DNA of 60,743 nucleotides, the filler included, from Candidatus Woesearchaeota archaeon (GTDB lineage Archaea; Nanobdellota; Nanobdellia; SCGC-AAA011-G17; CAYFGV01): NCBI GenBank assembly GCA_964342845.1. It is 3 parts of 3 records of this genome, joined end to end, with 100 filler letters (N's around TTAATTAATTAA, not from the genome) between each part and the next. Parts side by side here need not be neighbours in the genome. Positions count along the whole stretch, not along the records: positions 1 to 23,985 come from CAYFGV010000009.1; 2 more parts are not named here. One strand, written 5' to 3'. Each line of letters starts with the position of its first letter. Position 1 is the stretch's first letter. This document shows positions 10,939-21,373 of the stretch, piece after piece. Both the position numbers and the translations under genes were made by a program. The notes beneath the pieces were generated by a model that was given only the letters and a program-made list of their open reading frames with translations, was not told where the DNA came from and searched no databases.

Positions 10939-11564
10939 ATGTTATTGAAGCAATCAAAGAAAGAAGAAGTATAAGATACTTCAAAGAAAAAGTACCAGAA
11001 GAAATTATAAAAAAAATAATAGAAGCTGGAACATGGGCTCCTTCTGCATGTAACAGACAGGATTGGAAATTTATTATTATAGAAGATGAATCAGTTAGAA
11101 AAGAAATAATACAAGAAGGAACAGCTTTCTTTGTTGACAAAGCACCAAATTGGATCTTAATTATTTACAACAATCAGACAGATAACACAGAATATCAAGA
11201 CCACATACAAAGTGCAACTGCATGTATACAAAATATGCAACTAGCAGCACACGCATATGGATACGGGTCTTGCTGCATAAACAATCTTCCACCAAAAGAA
11301 AAATTAAGAAAAATTTTAAACATCCCTACATCCTACGAACCAATCTCATTACTAGTATTAGGAAAACCAAACACAACACCAAAACCATTACCTAGAAAAG
11401 AAAACTTTATTACATACAACAAATTCGATTTCAAAGAAGAAAAAACAATAATTAAAAAACACATAATAAGAAAATTCTTCAGAAAAACATACAAAAAACT
11501 CCCTAAAAGAATTAAAATAATTCTAGACCCTCTTGCAAGAAAATTTGAAAAAAGGTTCGATTAA
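10935..11564 (+). CDS. Nitroreductase family protein
   Basis: RRSIR, APSACNRQDW, QNMQLAAHAYGYGSC. Confidence 0.9.
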   Translation: MNVIEAIKERRSIRYFKEKVPEEIIKKIIEAGTWAPSACNRQDWKFIIIEDESVRKEIIQEGTAFFVDKAPNWILIIYNNQTDNTEYQDHIQSATACIQNMQLAAHAYGYGSCCINNLPPKEKLRKILNIPTSYEPISLLVLGKPNTTPKPLPRKENFITYNKFDFKEEKTIIKKHIIRKFFRKTYKKLPKRIKIILDPLARKFEKRFD

Positions 11565-11565
11565 A

Positions 11566-13149
11566 ATGACAATATTCTCAGATATAACACTAGAGTATAT
11601 ACCAAGGTTAATAAGTTTGTTAAACAGAAATCCCTTCTCAAAAACATACGGCTGTTTTGACAGAGAGCACTGGCACTACACAACAATAGACTTTGCATGC
11701 GCAAGAAGACAAGAAGCTGTCTTAACTTTAGCCTTACTATACAACAAAAAAAACACACCTTACTATCAAAACAAATCACTATTAGCCTGGATTAACGCAG
11801 CATTAAACTTTTGGACAAAAATTCAAAATAAAAATGGCTCCTTTAACGAATGGTATCCTAATGAAAACAGTTTTGTAGCCACAGCATTCTCAAGTTACGC
11901 TGTTTCAGAAACACTATTATTATTAGAAGACAAAATAAAAAATAAAAAGAAGATAATAAACTCTTTAGAAAAATCAGCAAGATTCCTTTATAATGTAACA
12001 GAAGAAAAAGTACTAAACCAATCCTCCGGAGCAGCCCTAGCATTATACAATACATACTTATTAACAAAAAAAGAAAAATACAAAAGAGCAGCAAAACAAA
12101 AAATCAATTTCCTATTAAAAAACCAAACAAAAGAAGGATGGTTTAATGAATACGGCGGACCAGACATAGGATATCTTTCTCTAACAATAGATTACTTTGT
12201 AAAATATTACAAAAAAACAAAAGACCAAGATGTATTAGATTCAATCAAAAAAGCAACAGGATTCTTAGTTTACTTCTTACATCCAAACTTAACTATCGGT
12301 GGAAGTTACGCAAGCAGAAATACAGAATATATAATCCCTCACGGAATAACATACCTCTCAACCATAGATAAAAACGCAAATATAATACTACAAAATTATT
12401 TACTAAAAAATAAAACAACAGTTTTTCCTCACTCCATAGACGATAGATACATGTCTTACATTCTATACACATGGTTACAAGCAGACCAAGAAAAGATAAA
12501 CAAAACAACAGATAAACCTTTATTCAACAAAGAATTCAACAAAGAATTTCCACTAGCTAAAATCCAAATTATAAACAATAAAAACTTTTACGCAATTATA
12601 AACAAAGCAAAAGGAGGCACTGCTCAAATATTCTTCAAAAAATCAAAAAAACATTTAAACGATTGTGGAATAAATCTAATCCTAAAAGATAACACAAAAC
12701 TAACATCTTGTTTCTTAGGTTCTGAAAACAAAAATAACTTAATCAGAGGAAATCTAGTGAAAATGAAAGACAAACATCTTACACCTACAACAATCTTATT
12801 TCTAAGAGGATTATCCTTAATAACAAAAATAAACTATAAAATAGGTTTATACTTAAGAAACGAACTAAGGAAAAAATTAATCACAGGAAAAAACAAAAGC
12901 AAAATAATATTCACAAGAGAAATAAAAATAGAAAAAGAAAAAATAAAAATCATAGACACATTAAAAAACATTCATTCTCCAATCAAAGAACTAAAATTAA
13001 ACCTAAAATTATCAACAGAATCTATCCCTAGTTCAAGATACTTCAACATTGAAGAATTAAACTCCATACCTTTAACTTATAGAAACATAAAAAATAAATT
13101 TCAAATAATTAGAGAATACAACAACAAAGGAGAACTTACGCAAAGTTAA
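11566..13149 (+). CDS. Uncharacterised protein, probable alpha/alpha-toroid fold, in glycosylation cluster
   Basis: Prenyltransferase-like repeats (IQNKNGSFNEWY, NQTKEGWFNEYGGPD); coupled to the nitroreductase gene. Confidence 0.55.
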   Translation: MTIFSDITLEYIPRLISLLNRNPFSKTYGCFDREHWHYTTIDFACARRQEAVLTLALLYNKKNTPYYQNKSLLAWINAALNFWTKIQNKNGSFNEWYPNENSFVATAFSSYAVSETLLLLEDKIKNKKKIINSLEKSARFLYNVTEEKVLNQSSGAALALYNTYLLTKKEKYKRAAKQKINFLLKNQTKEGWFNEYGGPDIGYLSLTIDYFVKYYKKTKDQDVLDSIKKATGFLVYFLHPNLTIGGSYASRNTEYIIPHGITYLSTIDKNANIILQNYLLKNKTTVFPHSIDDRYMSYILYTWLQADQEKINKTTDKPLFNKEFNKEFPLAKIQIINNKNFYAIINKAKGGTAQIFFKKSKKHLNDCGINLILKDNTKLTSCFLGSENKNNLIRGNLVKMKDKHLTPTTILFLRGLSLITKINYKIGLYLRNELRKKLITGKNKSKIIFTREIKIEKEKIKIIDTLKNIHSPIKELKLNLKLSTESIPSSRYFNIEELNSIPLTYRNIKNKFQIIREYNNKGELTQS

Positions 13150-14779
13150 CATAATTAACATTTACATTTCCGCCACTATATTCATATGTTTTAGTTTGCA
13201 TAGCTTGCCCATCTATCATAGCATTTATATTATTAATATCAAAAGTTCCACCATACTTAAGAAGAAGATATAAGGGATTTCCATCAGTAGTAAATGCAGC
13301 TTGCTTAAGTTCATAGTTCTCTGAAATATAATCCCATCTCTCATCCTGCATTATTCCAAAATCCCAATTATAAATAAAAAGCCAATTAGCATCTAATTCA
13401 TCTTTAGCATATATTAAATCATCTACATTATCAGGTATCCCTCTGCTTCCCATAATATCTCCATGCCATAACAACCCATAAGCCTGATGACTACTATGTA
13501 CAACCCTTTCATCCCCTAAGGCATTTTCATCCAAATAATCTCCAGCAATATCTAAGCCCATAAACTGTGTATCAAACATTCTATTTTTAGAATCAGTAAT
13601 AGGACTAATCAACAACATCAACCCAATAACTATTACTACATATTTTAACCACTTAAACTTAAAAAGACTACCCATATTAATACCAACAAAAACAATCAAA
13701 TAAGCCATCATAAAAGCAACCAAAGGAAGCAAAGGATACTGGTGATAATTGTGTCCTAAAAGTTTCTCAGCAGTATATACAAACCAAATCAAAGAACCAA
13801 CAAGATAAAAGAACATAAACTTATAAGCCCTCTTTTTTCTCATACCACTTTGCTTTAAAAACATTGCTAAGAAAATAAAAGCACCAGCCAAACCCATACC
13901 TAAACCAAGTAAAGTATAATTATCAGCAAAAAAATACTTCATAGTCTGCCAAAAAGAAGACTCAAACACAAGCCCAACATTTACAGTAGACAACTCTTCT
14001 CCAATCGTCCCAGAAACACTAGGAATATAAAGCAACCAGGATAAAGATAAAGCAATAACTAAAAACACAAACAAATATTTCTTCCAATAAGCCTTTTTCA
14101 ATAATTTCTTATAAGGAAAAACAAAAATCATCGGAAAAGCAAACAATGCAAAAGTATACTTAGTTAACACACCTAATCCAATAAAAACAGAAAACAAAAT
14201 AGTATATTTCCACGAAAAATCTTTTAACCATTTAAAATAAAAATACAATCCTCCCAAACAAAAAAATAACGCAGGACTAAGCAACTGAAATTGCCTTCCA
14301 AAAAAGATATGCAAAGGCAAAACAGCTAAAATCAAACAAGAAAGTAAAGCAAGATCTTCTCTCTTAAACAAATGCTTAATTAACAAATACATGAAAAAAA
14401 CCGCACCCAACGAAAACAAAATACTAATTAGTCTTGCAACAAATAAAGAGGATCCAAAAATATTGAAAAACAAACCACCTACAATTGAAATAGTTGGAAA
14501 AGTATCTGAATGTGCCCCAGAAGGATCACTGCCAATAGCAGGATAATCATAAGCAGGAACAAAAAATCCATGCTCAAAAAAACCATCATCAGCAAAATTC
14601 CTAGCCTCTGTCAAATAATGAGTCTCTTTCCAATTATGATACCCTATGACGCTGTAGTCAATATGATAAGACATCAAATAAAATCCAAAAATCAGAATTA
14701 AAATTAATAAACCCCAATTCCAATTCTTTTTAGCAAAAGGAACTATCTTTTTATAATCAAAAGACATGTCTTCACCCAT
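13136..14779 (-). CDS. GT-C membrane glycosyltransferase (ArnT/PMT family)
   Basis: Multiple TMs, WKETHY luminal loop, ARLISILFS, LTKYT motifs. Confidence 0.82.
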   Translation of the reverse strand: MGEDMSFDYKKIVPFAKKNWNWGLLILILIFGFYLMSYHIDYSVIGYHNWKETHYLTEARNFADDGFFEHGFFVPAYDYPAIGSDPSGAHSDTFPTISIVGGLFFNIFGSSLFVARLISILFSLGAVFFMYLLIKHLFKREDLALLSCLILAVLPLHIFFGRQFQLLSPALFFCLGGLYFYFKWLKDFSWKYTILFSVFIGLGVLTKYTFALFAFPMIFVFPYKKLLKKAYWKKYLFVFLVIALSLSWLLYIPSVSGTIGEELSTVNVGLVFESSFWQTMKYFFADNYTLLGLGMGLAGAFIFLAMFLKQSGMRKKRAYKFMFFYLVGSLIWFVYTAEKLLGHNYHQYPLLPLVAFMMAYLIVFVGINMGSLFKFKWLKYVVIVIGLMLLISPITDSKNRMFDTQFMGLDIAGDYLDENALGDERVVHSSHQAYGLLWHGDIMGSRGIPDNVDDLIYAKDELDANWLFIYNWDFGIMQDERWDYISENYELKQAAFTTDGNPLYLLLKYGGTFDINNINAMIDGQAMQTKTYEYSGGNVNVNYVNFA

Positions 14780-14860
14780 AAAAACAGGGAAACCAAAGAA
14801 CTTTATAAAGCTTGTCTAAATTCATAACCTTTATTAAAAGCACGTTCCCACCAAAAAATA

Positions 14861-15538
14861 ATGATAGACACTTATATAGTAATTCCAGCTTGGAACGAAG
14901 AAAAAACAATCTCAAAAGTAATCCAGGATTTAAAAGATAATAATTTTAATAACATAGTTGTAGTAGATGATGGTTCTAAAGATAACACCACAAAAATAGC
15001 TAAAGAACAAGGAGTTACAGTTCTAAATCATATTATTAATAGAGGCCAAGGAGCAGCAATACAAACAGGAACAGAACATGCTCTAAAACAAGGAGCAGAA
15101 ATAATTATCCACTTTGACGCAGACGGTCAATTTAAAGCAGAAGAAATCCAAAAAATGATAAAACCAGTAGCAGAAGAAGACTATGACATAGCTTTAGGCT
15201 CAAGATTCCTAGGACAAACAATAAATATTCCACCTTTGAAAAAATTAACATTAAAAGGAGGAATAATCTTCACAAGAATATTTTCAAACATAAAATTAAC
15301 AGACACACATAATGGTTTCAGAGCCTTAACAAAAAAAGCAGCTAAAGAAATAGAAATAACACAAGACGAATTCGCCCATGCCTCAGAAATCCTAGACTTA
15401 ATAAAGAAAAAAAATCTAAAATACAAAGAAATTCCAGTAACAGTTGTATATTCAGATTATGCAAAAACAAAAGGCCAGAGCATATTAAACAGTGTAAGAA
15501 TAATTAAAGACCTAATAATAAGGAAAATAACAAAATGA
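14861..15538 (+). CDS. GT2 dolichol-phosphate glycosyltransferase (DPM1-like)
   Basis: VIPAWNEE, DDGSKD, HFDADGQF, GSRF, DTHNGFRA. Confidence 0.92.
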   Translation: MIDTYIVIPAWNEEKTISKVIQDLKDNNFNNIVVVDDGSKDNTTKIAKEQGVTVLNHIINRGQGAAIQTGTEHALKQGAEIIIHFDADGQFKAEEIQKMIKPVAEEDYDIALGSRFLGQTINIPPLKKLTLKGGIIFTRIFSNIKLTDTHNGFRALTKKAAKEIEITQDEFAHASEILDLIKKKNLKYKEIPVTVVYSDYAKTKGQSILNSVRIIKDLIIRKITK

Positions 15539-15855
15539 TACTTTACATATTAGTCATAGTCTTTGCATTATTTGCTTTAAGTAGAGCCTTCTTAAGATTA
15601 AGAGAAAAACAAATATCAGTAAAAGAATTTATATTTTGGTTAATTATATGGGTAGGAGTAATAATCACTTCTATAATACCTGAAAGTGTAAGTCAGATTT
15701 CAATTTTATTAGGAATTGACAGAGGAGTAGATTTTTTAACTTATGTAGCTATCATACTAGTCTTATATTTAATATTTAGATTATATGTAAAATGCGAAAA
15801 CATAGAGCAAGATATCACAAAAATAGTTAGAGAACTAAGCCATAGAAAAAAGTGA
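15535..15855 (+). CDS. DUF2304-like membrane protein
   Basis: LGIDRGVD motif, 3 TMs, ITKIVREL tail, coupled to GT2. Confidence 0.8.
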   Translation: MILYILVIVFALFALSRAFLRLREKQISVKEFIFWLIIWVGVIITSIIPESVSQISILLGIDRGVDFLTYVAIILVLYLIFRLYVKCENIEQDITKIVRELSHRKK

Positions 15856-15860
15856 GTCTA

Positions 15861-17033
15861 TTACAAACCATAAATAAAATCGCAAACCTTATCAGTTGCA
15901 GAACCAATACCTTTAGAAAATTCCTTTCTTTTCTCTGCTAATTCTACCTTATAATCTGGATCGCACATTACCTTGTCGATAACAGAAAGAACACCATCCT
16001 TGGTATATGTATGGGGCGTAATACCAAATTCATTTGTAATTAAAATATCGTCCCTCCTCAAGGTACCATCATTCCTCATCAAACCAGGTTGCAAACTAAC
16101 TGCCAATTTATCTAAATAAGTAGCTTCTACCAAAATATTAGACACAGAAGACACAACTAAATCAGATGCTGAAATAGCTTGCATAGTATCATACTCTCTA
16201 CCTCCAACAACAGGATAATTTTTACCTAACCTCTCTCTAACCATCCACTCTAAGTGTTCCTTACTCTCAAAAGGGTGGGCCTTAACAAGCACCTCAAAAC
16301 CAGGACAATCAAACTTACTTATTCCTTCCACAAAATCAGTTAAAAGAGTATCTTCATTAAAACCAAAAAAATCAGGAGCACCAGCATTCCCATGCTCATA
16401 CTTTCTAAAAGGTTGTGAAGCATATAAAACAAACCAACTATCTAAACCAATGCCTAAATCATTTCTCACTCTGTCACTATCTTCCTCTGTAAAATTATCT
16501 CTTAAACTTCCCAAATGATCAGAACTTGGATTACCAGTAACAACTAGCCCATCTGCAGGAAAACCTTGTTCAACTAATATTTCTTTATGTCTCTCATCAA
16601 TCGCAGTAACATAAGTTGACAAAAACCTAAATCTGCCTTCATCCTCTGGAAGTGTTGTATCATTAAAGAAAACAAGATTATGCTTCCAATTATCTCTTAC
16701 AGAAACACTAGGAATATCATATTCTTTAGCTGCCAAAGTAAGCGTCTGCTCTATAACATCTTTAGTCTTAGGGTCCTGGCAACCTCCCCCAGTCAAAACA
16801 ACATCAGGAGATTCTTCTCCCACTATCCTCTTCATTGAATCTAAAGAAACATCATTTAATCCATAATCAGAAACCACATTATAATCTACACTTTCTTTTT
16901 CATAAATACTCTCAGAATTATCATGAGCCATTAAAACTAAATCAACCTTACTTTCTTCTCTTAATTTTTTAACAACAGGCAAAATCGACTTTGTACTTCC
17001 TGTATGCCATGATGCTGCTAATACCTTTTTCAT
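15861..17033 (-). CDS. GT-B fold putative sugar/nonulosonate transferase
   Basis: VVTGNP, LYASQP, VKAHPFE, SDLVVS..SN..EA motifs; start chosen at MKKV. Confidence 0.6.
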   Translation of the reverse strand: MKKVLAASWHTGSTKSILPVVKKLREESKVDLVLMAHDNSESIYEKESVDYNVVSDYGLNDVSLDSMKRIVGEESPDVVLTGGGCQDPKTKDVIEQTLTLAAKEYDIPSVSVRDNWKHNLVFFNDTTLPEDEGRFRFLSTYVTAIDERHKEILVEQGFPADGLVVTGNPSSDHLGSLRDNFTEEDSDRVRNDLGIGLDSWFVLYASQPFRKYEHGNAGAPDFFGFNEDTLLTDFVEGISKFDCPGFEVLVKAHPFESKEHLEWMVRERLGKNYPVVGGREYDTMQAISASDLVVSSVSNILVEATYLDKLAVSLQPGLMRNDGTLRRDDILITNEFGITPHTYTKDGVLSVIDKVMCDPDYKVELAEKRKEFSKGIGSATDKVCDFIYGL

Positions 17034-17137
17034 CACTCTAAGGAGATAAAGCCTATTTATAAAACTTACGAATTTTACATTCAGATAGAAAAATACATTC
17101 ATAATCTTTAAATAACCTCCAAAACCCCCAAAAACAT

Positions 17138-18268
17138 ATGAATATACTCTATTTTACAGAATATTTCCCTGAAAATCCAGAAAAAGCAGAACTAACTGGG
17201 GGCACAGAAGCAAGATGTTTCTACCTAGCTAAAGAACTATCAAAAAGACATAATTTAACAATCATAACAACCACACAAAAAAAACCAAGAATTCAAAATT
17301 TTGAAAACATAAAAATAATCAGACCAATAAAACTACCATATACACATACAGACTACATTCTAAAAAGACTTCTAAATATGAAAAAAATGTACAAAGCAGG
17401 TAAAAAAATAATTAAAAATATAGACATCATAGACGCACATAACTTCATTTCCTATATCCCTGCAGCAAAACTAGCTAAAAAATATAAGAAAAAATCATTC
17501 GCACAATATCACGAAGTATGGTTAAATGAATGGATAAAGAACACAGGGAGATATTCAGGATTAATAGGAGAAATAGGAGAAAGAGTAGCATTAAAATATC
17601 AAAAACACACTAAATTCATAACAGTAAGCAACTTCACAAAATCAAAACTCAAAAACAAAAAAGCAACTACAATCCACAACGGAATAGAACTAGAAAAATA
17701 CAAAAAAATTAAAGAAAAAAAATTCAAAGACCTTACTATATGTAAAACAGGGAGATTAACACCACTAAAAAGAACACAAGACTTAATCTTAGCAACTAAA
17801 CTAGTAAAACAAAAAATACCTAACATAAAAGTAAAAATCATAGGAGACGGAGAAGAAAAACAAAAACTAATCAACTTAACTAAAAAACTTAAACTAGAAA
17901 AAAACATAGAATTCTTAGGTTTTTTAAAAGACCACAAAGACGTTTTAAAAACAGTAAAAAAATCACACCTATACTGCCTACCATCTATCTTAGAAGGATT
18001 TGGAATCGTAACAGTAGAAGCTCTGGCTCTAAACGTCCCTTTCGTCTCTTCAGACATTCCACCAACAAGAGAAATAACACAAGGAAAAGGAGGATTACTT
18101 TACCAACCAAAAAATCATAGACAATTAGCAAACAACATAATCGAACTCTTAACAAACAAAATATTATACAAACAAAAACAAAAAGAAGCACAAAACCTAG
18201 CAAAAAAATATGATTGGAAAGACCTAGCTAAAAAATTAGAGGAGGAATACCTAAAATGGAAAAAATAA
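17138..18268 (+). CDS. GT4 glycosyltransferase
   Basis: GGTE, GRL..LKR, EGFGIVTVEALA. Confidence 0.92.
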   Translation: MNILYFTEYFPENPEKAELTGGTEARCFYLAKELSKRHNLTIITTTQKKPRIQNFENIKIIRPIKLPYTHTDYILKRLLNMKKMYKAGKKIIKNIDIIDAHNFISYIPAAKLAKKYKKKSFAQYHEVWLNEWIKNTGRYSGLIGEIGERVALKYQKHTKFITVSNFTKSKLKNKKATTIHNGIELEKYKKIKEKKFKDLTICKTGRLTPLKRTQDLILATKLVKQKIPNIKVKIIGDGEEKQKLINLTKKLKLEKNIEFLGFLKDHKDVLKTVKKSHLYCLPSILEGFGIVTVEALALNVPFVSSDIPPTREITQGKGGLLYQPKNHRQLANNIIELLTNKILYKQKQKEAQNLAKKYDWKDLAKKLEEEYLKWKK

Positions 18269-18822
18269 TAACCCAAATAATAAACAATTCAATACAAACA
18301 AAAGAACTGGTTCTAAAAAACCTAACAAAAGAAATAGAGAACTCAGCAAACATTTTAACAAATACAATAAAAGATAATAACAAAATTTTAGTCTGCGGAA
18401 ACGGAGGCTCAGCAGCAGACGCACAACACTTTGCAACAGAATTATTAATGAAATTTGAAAAAGAAAGAAGATCTTTACCGGCCCTATCACTAACAACAAA
18501 CACATCAGCAATAACAGCACACTCAAACGATTACCATTTCGATGAAATATTCCAAAGACAAATAGAAAGCTTAGGAAATCAAGGAGATACAATAGTTGGA
18601 ATAACAACCTCTGGAAACTCAGAAAATATAATAAAAGCATTCCAAACAGCTAAAGAAAAAGGACTAAAAACTATCTGTCTAAATGGAAAAGACGGAGGGA
18701 AAATGAACGATTTAAACCTAGATTCAAACCTAGTAGTACCTTCAGACAACACAGCAAGAACACAAGAATCACACATAACAATTATCCACATATGGTGTAA
18801 ACTAATAGAAGAAAACACATGA
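18256..18822 (+). CDS. gmhA: Phosphoheptose (sedoheptulose-7-P) isomerase, SIS domain
   Basis: CGNGGSAADAQHFA, TTSGNS, TARTQESH. Confidence 0.92.
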   Translation: MEKIITQIINNSIQTKELVLKNLTKEIENSANILTNTIKDNNKILVCGNGGSAADAQHFATELLMKFEKERRSLPALSLTTNTSAITAHSNDYHFDEIFQRQIESLGNQGDTIVGITTSGNSENIIKAFQTAKEKGLKTICLNGKDGGKMNDLNLDSNLVVPSDNTARTQESHITIIHIWCKLIEENT

Positions 18823-20015
18823 AAATATTATTCGTTTCAGAATACTGGAACCCAGTAGCACAAGGAGGGGGAGAAATCTCCATGGAGATACTAGCAGAAG
18901 CCCTAGCTAAAAAAGGATTGGAAATATCAGTCTTAACCTCACACTTCCCAAATACTAAAAAATTTGAAATTAAAAACAAAGTAAAAATCTACAGAAACAT
19001 AAAAACAGGTAAAGACCCGAGTTCCCTTATATCAAACATAAAAAGAATTATAACCTTTCCAAACTCAGCTAAAAAAGAAGTAAAAAAACTACAAAAAAAC
19101 TTTGACATGATCCATTACCTAAACACAACTTCTATAACAGGAATTACTAAAAATAAAAAATCATACTGTCATGTCAACAGCCCAGTCTTCTTCTGCCCAA
19201 AAGGAACATTAATGTATCAAGACAAAAGAGAGTGTCCTTACAAATGTACCAAAAAAAGATTCTTAAAATGTTTCCTAAAATCAAAAGAATTTGGAAAAGC
19301 TCAAAACAATTGGTACTACAAATACAATCCTTTAATACACCACATCTTATACAACAGCTTCAGAAAAAGATTAAAAAAATTAAAACAAGCTAACTATTAC
19401 ACACCAATAAGCAACTTCTTAAAACAAAAATTAATAGAATACAAAATTCCTAAGAACAAAATACAAGTTCTCCCAAATATAATAGAAATAGAAAAATTTA
19501 ACAAAAAATCTAAAACAAACAACAAAATTCTCTACTTAGGAGCATACGTAGAAAACAAAGGGGTTATGATTTTACTTAAAGCTCTAAAAAATACAAAATA
19601 CCAATGCAATTTCTACGGTGAAGGTTCCGCAAAAAATAAAATGCTAAACTACATAAAAAAACACAAATTAAACGTAAAAATAAATAATAAAGTTCCCTAC
19701 GAAAAAATCCCAGAAATAATTTCCAAACACGATATCGTAATTTTCCCTTCTCTAGTTCTAGAAGCTTTTGGAAGAGTAGTTATTGAAGCACAAGCAGCAG
19801 GATTAAAAGTTATCGCGAGCTCAATCGGTGGAACAAAAGAACTCTTAGATAAAAAATATCAAGTTCAACCAGGAAATGTAAAAGAACTAAAACAAGCAAT
19901 TGAAAAAGCACTAAAAACAACAAACAAAAAAGATATCCTAAAAGCCAAAAATAATACAAAACAATATAAAGCAGATAAAATAACAGAAAACCTAATCAAA
20001 TTTTACAAAAAATGA
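18819..20015 (+). CDS. GT4 glycosyltransferase with Cys-rich insert
   Basis: GGGE, FFCPKG...C...C insert, EAFGRVVIEAQAAG. Confidence 0.9.
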   Translation: MKILFVSEYWNPVAQGGGEISMEILAEALAKKGLEISVLTSHFPNTKKFEIKNKVKIYRNIKTGKDPSSLISNIKRIITFPNSAKKEVKKLQKNFDMIHYLNTTSITGITKNKKSYCHVNSPVFFCPKGTLMYQDKRECPYKCTKKRFLKCFLKSKEFGKAQNNWYYKYNPLIHHILYNSFRKRLKKLKQANYYTPISNFLKQKLIEYKIPKNKIQVLPNIIEIEKFNKKSKTNNKILYLGAYVENKGVMILLKALKNTKYQCNFYGEGSAKNKMLNYIKKHKLNVKINNKVPYEKIPEIISKHDIVIFPSLVLEAFGRVVIEAQAAGLKVIASSIGGTKELLDKKYQVQPGNVKELKQAIEKALKTTNKKDILKAKNNTKQYKADKITENLIKFYKK

Positions 20016-21373
20016 CACCAATAGAAAAATATTTCAAAGCAAAAGAATTATTAAAAGAAGTTTTCAAAGAAGAGATTTTCTACAAAAAAATACCCATCTT
20101 AGATTGCCTAAGACATGATCTCCCAGTAAATATAATAAACCCAATAGAAAAAAATCCAACTTTAGCAAATCTACATCACCTAATATTCTGGACAGCATTA
20201 CACACAAGAGATTTCTTTTATCGTTTAACACACAAACCAAAACCAACACAAGAAAGTGATACACTTCTAATCCTAAACTCAGTAAGTCACGTCAGAACAA
20301 TAATTCCTGTTCTTAAAAAATTAAAATCACCTATCAAAATCATAGCAAATGGTTCTGGTGCACAAAAAGCACTAGACAAAGAAAACATAGGATACATCCC
20401 TTTTGAAAAGTACAAAACTAAAAAAGGAAAAATAGAAGTTAATTCTGAACATCCAAAATACAAAAGAATAAAATACATAACAAAAACATGGTTCAAAAAA
20501 ACTATAAAACAAATAGAAGCTACTGAAAACCTCCTAAACAAAGAAAAACCAAAAAAAGTCATAGTCTTAAATGAAAATAACATGTTCGGAAGAACATTCG
20601 TAAGAGTTGCAAATCTAAATAACATTGAAACACTATACATCCAACATGGAGTCCTAGCAACACATGCCTATGATAAAGCAATCTCAAATAAAATAGCAGT
20701 CTGGGGAGAACAAGTAAAAGATTTCTTAGTAGAAAGAGGAACAGACCCAAATAAAATTATAATCACAGGCTCACCAGGTTATGATAAACTATTCAATTTT
20801 AAAAGTGATAAAAATAAAATCTACCAAGAACTAAATCTAGACCCAAACAAAGAAATAGTCCTTTACACATCTCAACCTTTTGGTTTTGAGATCAGCAAAG
20901 AAAACAATCTAGAAATAATGACAGCTTTCATAAAAGCAGTTAAAAACATACCAAACAAACACGCAGTAATTAAACTACATCCAGCAGAACACGAAACATC
21001 CTACAAATCCTTATTAAAAACATTCAAAAAAGAAGATTACACAATGTGTAAAGAAACAAATATTTATGAATTAATTGACGCAGCAGAAATACTAATAACT
21101 CAAATCTCAACCACAGCATTAGAAGCAATGATTTTAAACAAAAACATAATCACAGTAACTACATTTCTAAGCTCAGCCATAAGTCCTTACGGAAAAAGCA
21201 AAGCAGCCTTAGAAGTAAGTAACCTAGATGAATTACAATCTACTCTTAAAAAAATACTAACAGATAAAGAACTAATCAAAGAATTAGAAGAAAATAGGAA
21301 AAAATTTGTTTACTCCTATAACTACAAATGTGACGGAAAAGCTACTGATAGGATTATTGAACTAATCACTTAA
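20012..21373 (+). CDS. GT-B putative transferase (TagF/sialyltransferase-like)
   Basis: IQHG, IITGSP, LYTSQP, KLHPAE, STTALEA, DGKATDRI. Confidence 0.65.
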   Translation: MTPIEKYFKAKELLKEVFKEEIFYKKIPILDCLRHDLPVNIINPIEKNPTLANLHHLIFWTALHTRDFFYRLTHKPKPTQESDTLLILNSVSHVRTIIPVLKKLKSPIKIIANGSGAQKALDKENIGYIPFEKYKTKKGKIEVNSEHPKYKRIKYITKTWFKKTIKQIEATENLLNKEKPKKVIVLNENNMFGRTFVRVANLNNIETLYIQHGVLATHAYDKAISNKIAVWGEQVKDFLVERGTDPNKIIITGSPGYDKLFNFKSDKNKIYQELNLDPNKEIVLYTSQPFGFEISKENNLEIMTAFIKAVKNIPNKHAVIKLHPAEHETSYKSLLKTFKKEDYTMCKETNIYELIDAAEILITQISTTALEAMILNKNIITVTTFLSSAISPYGKSKAALEVSNLDELQSTLKKILTDKELIKELEENRKKFVYSYNYKCDGKATDRIIELIT

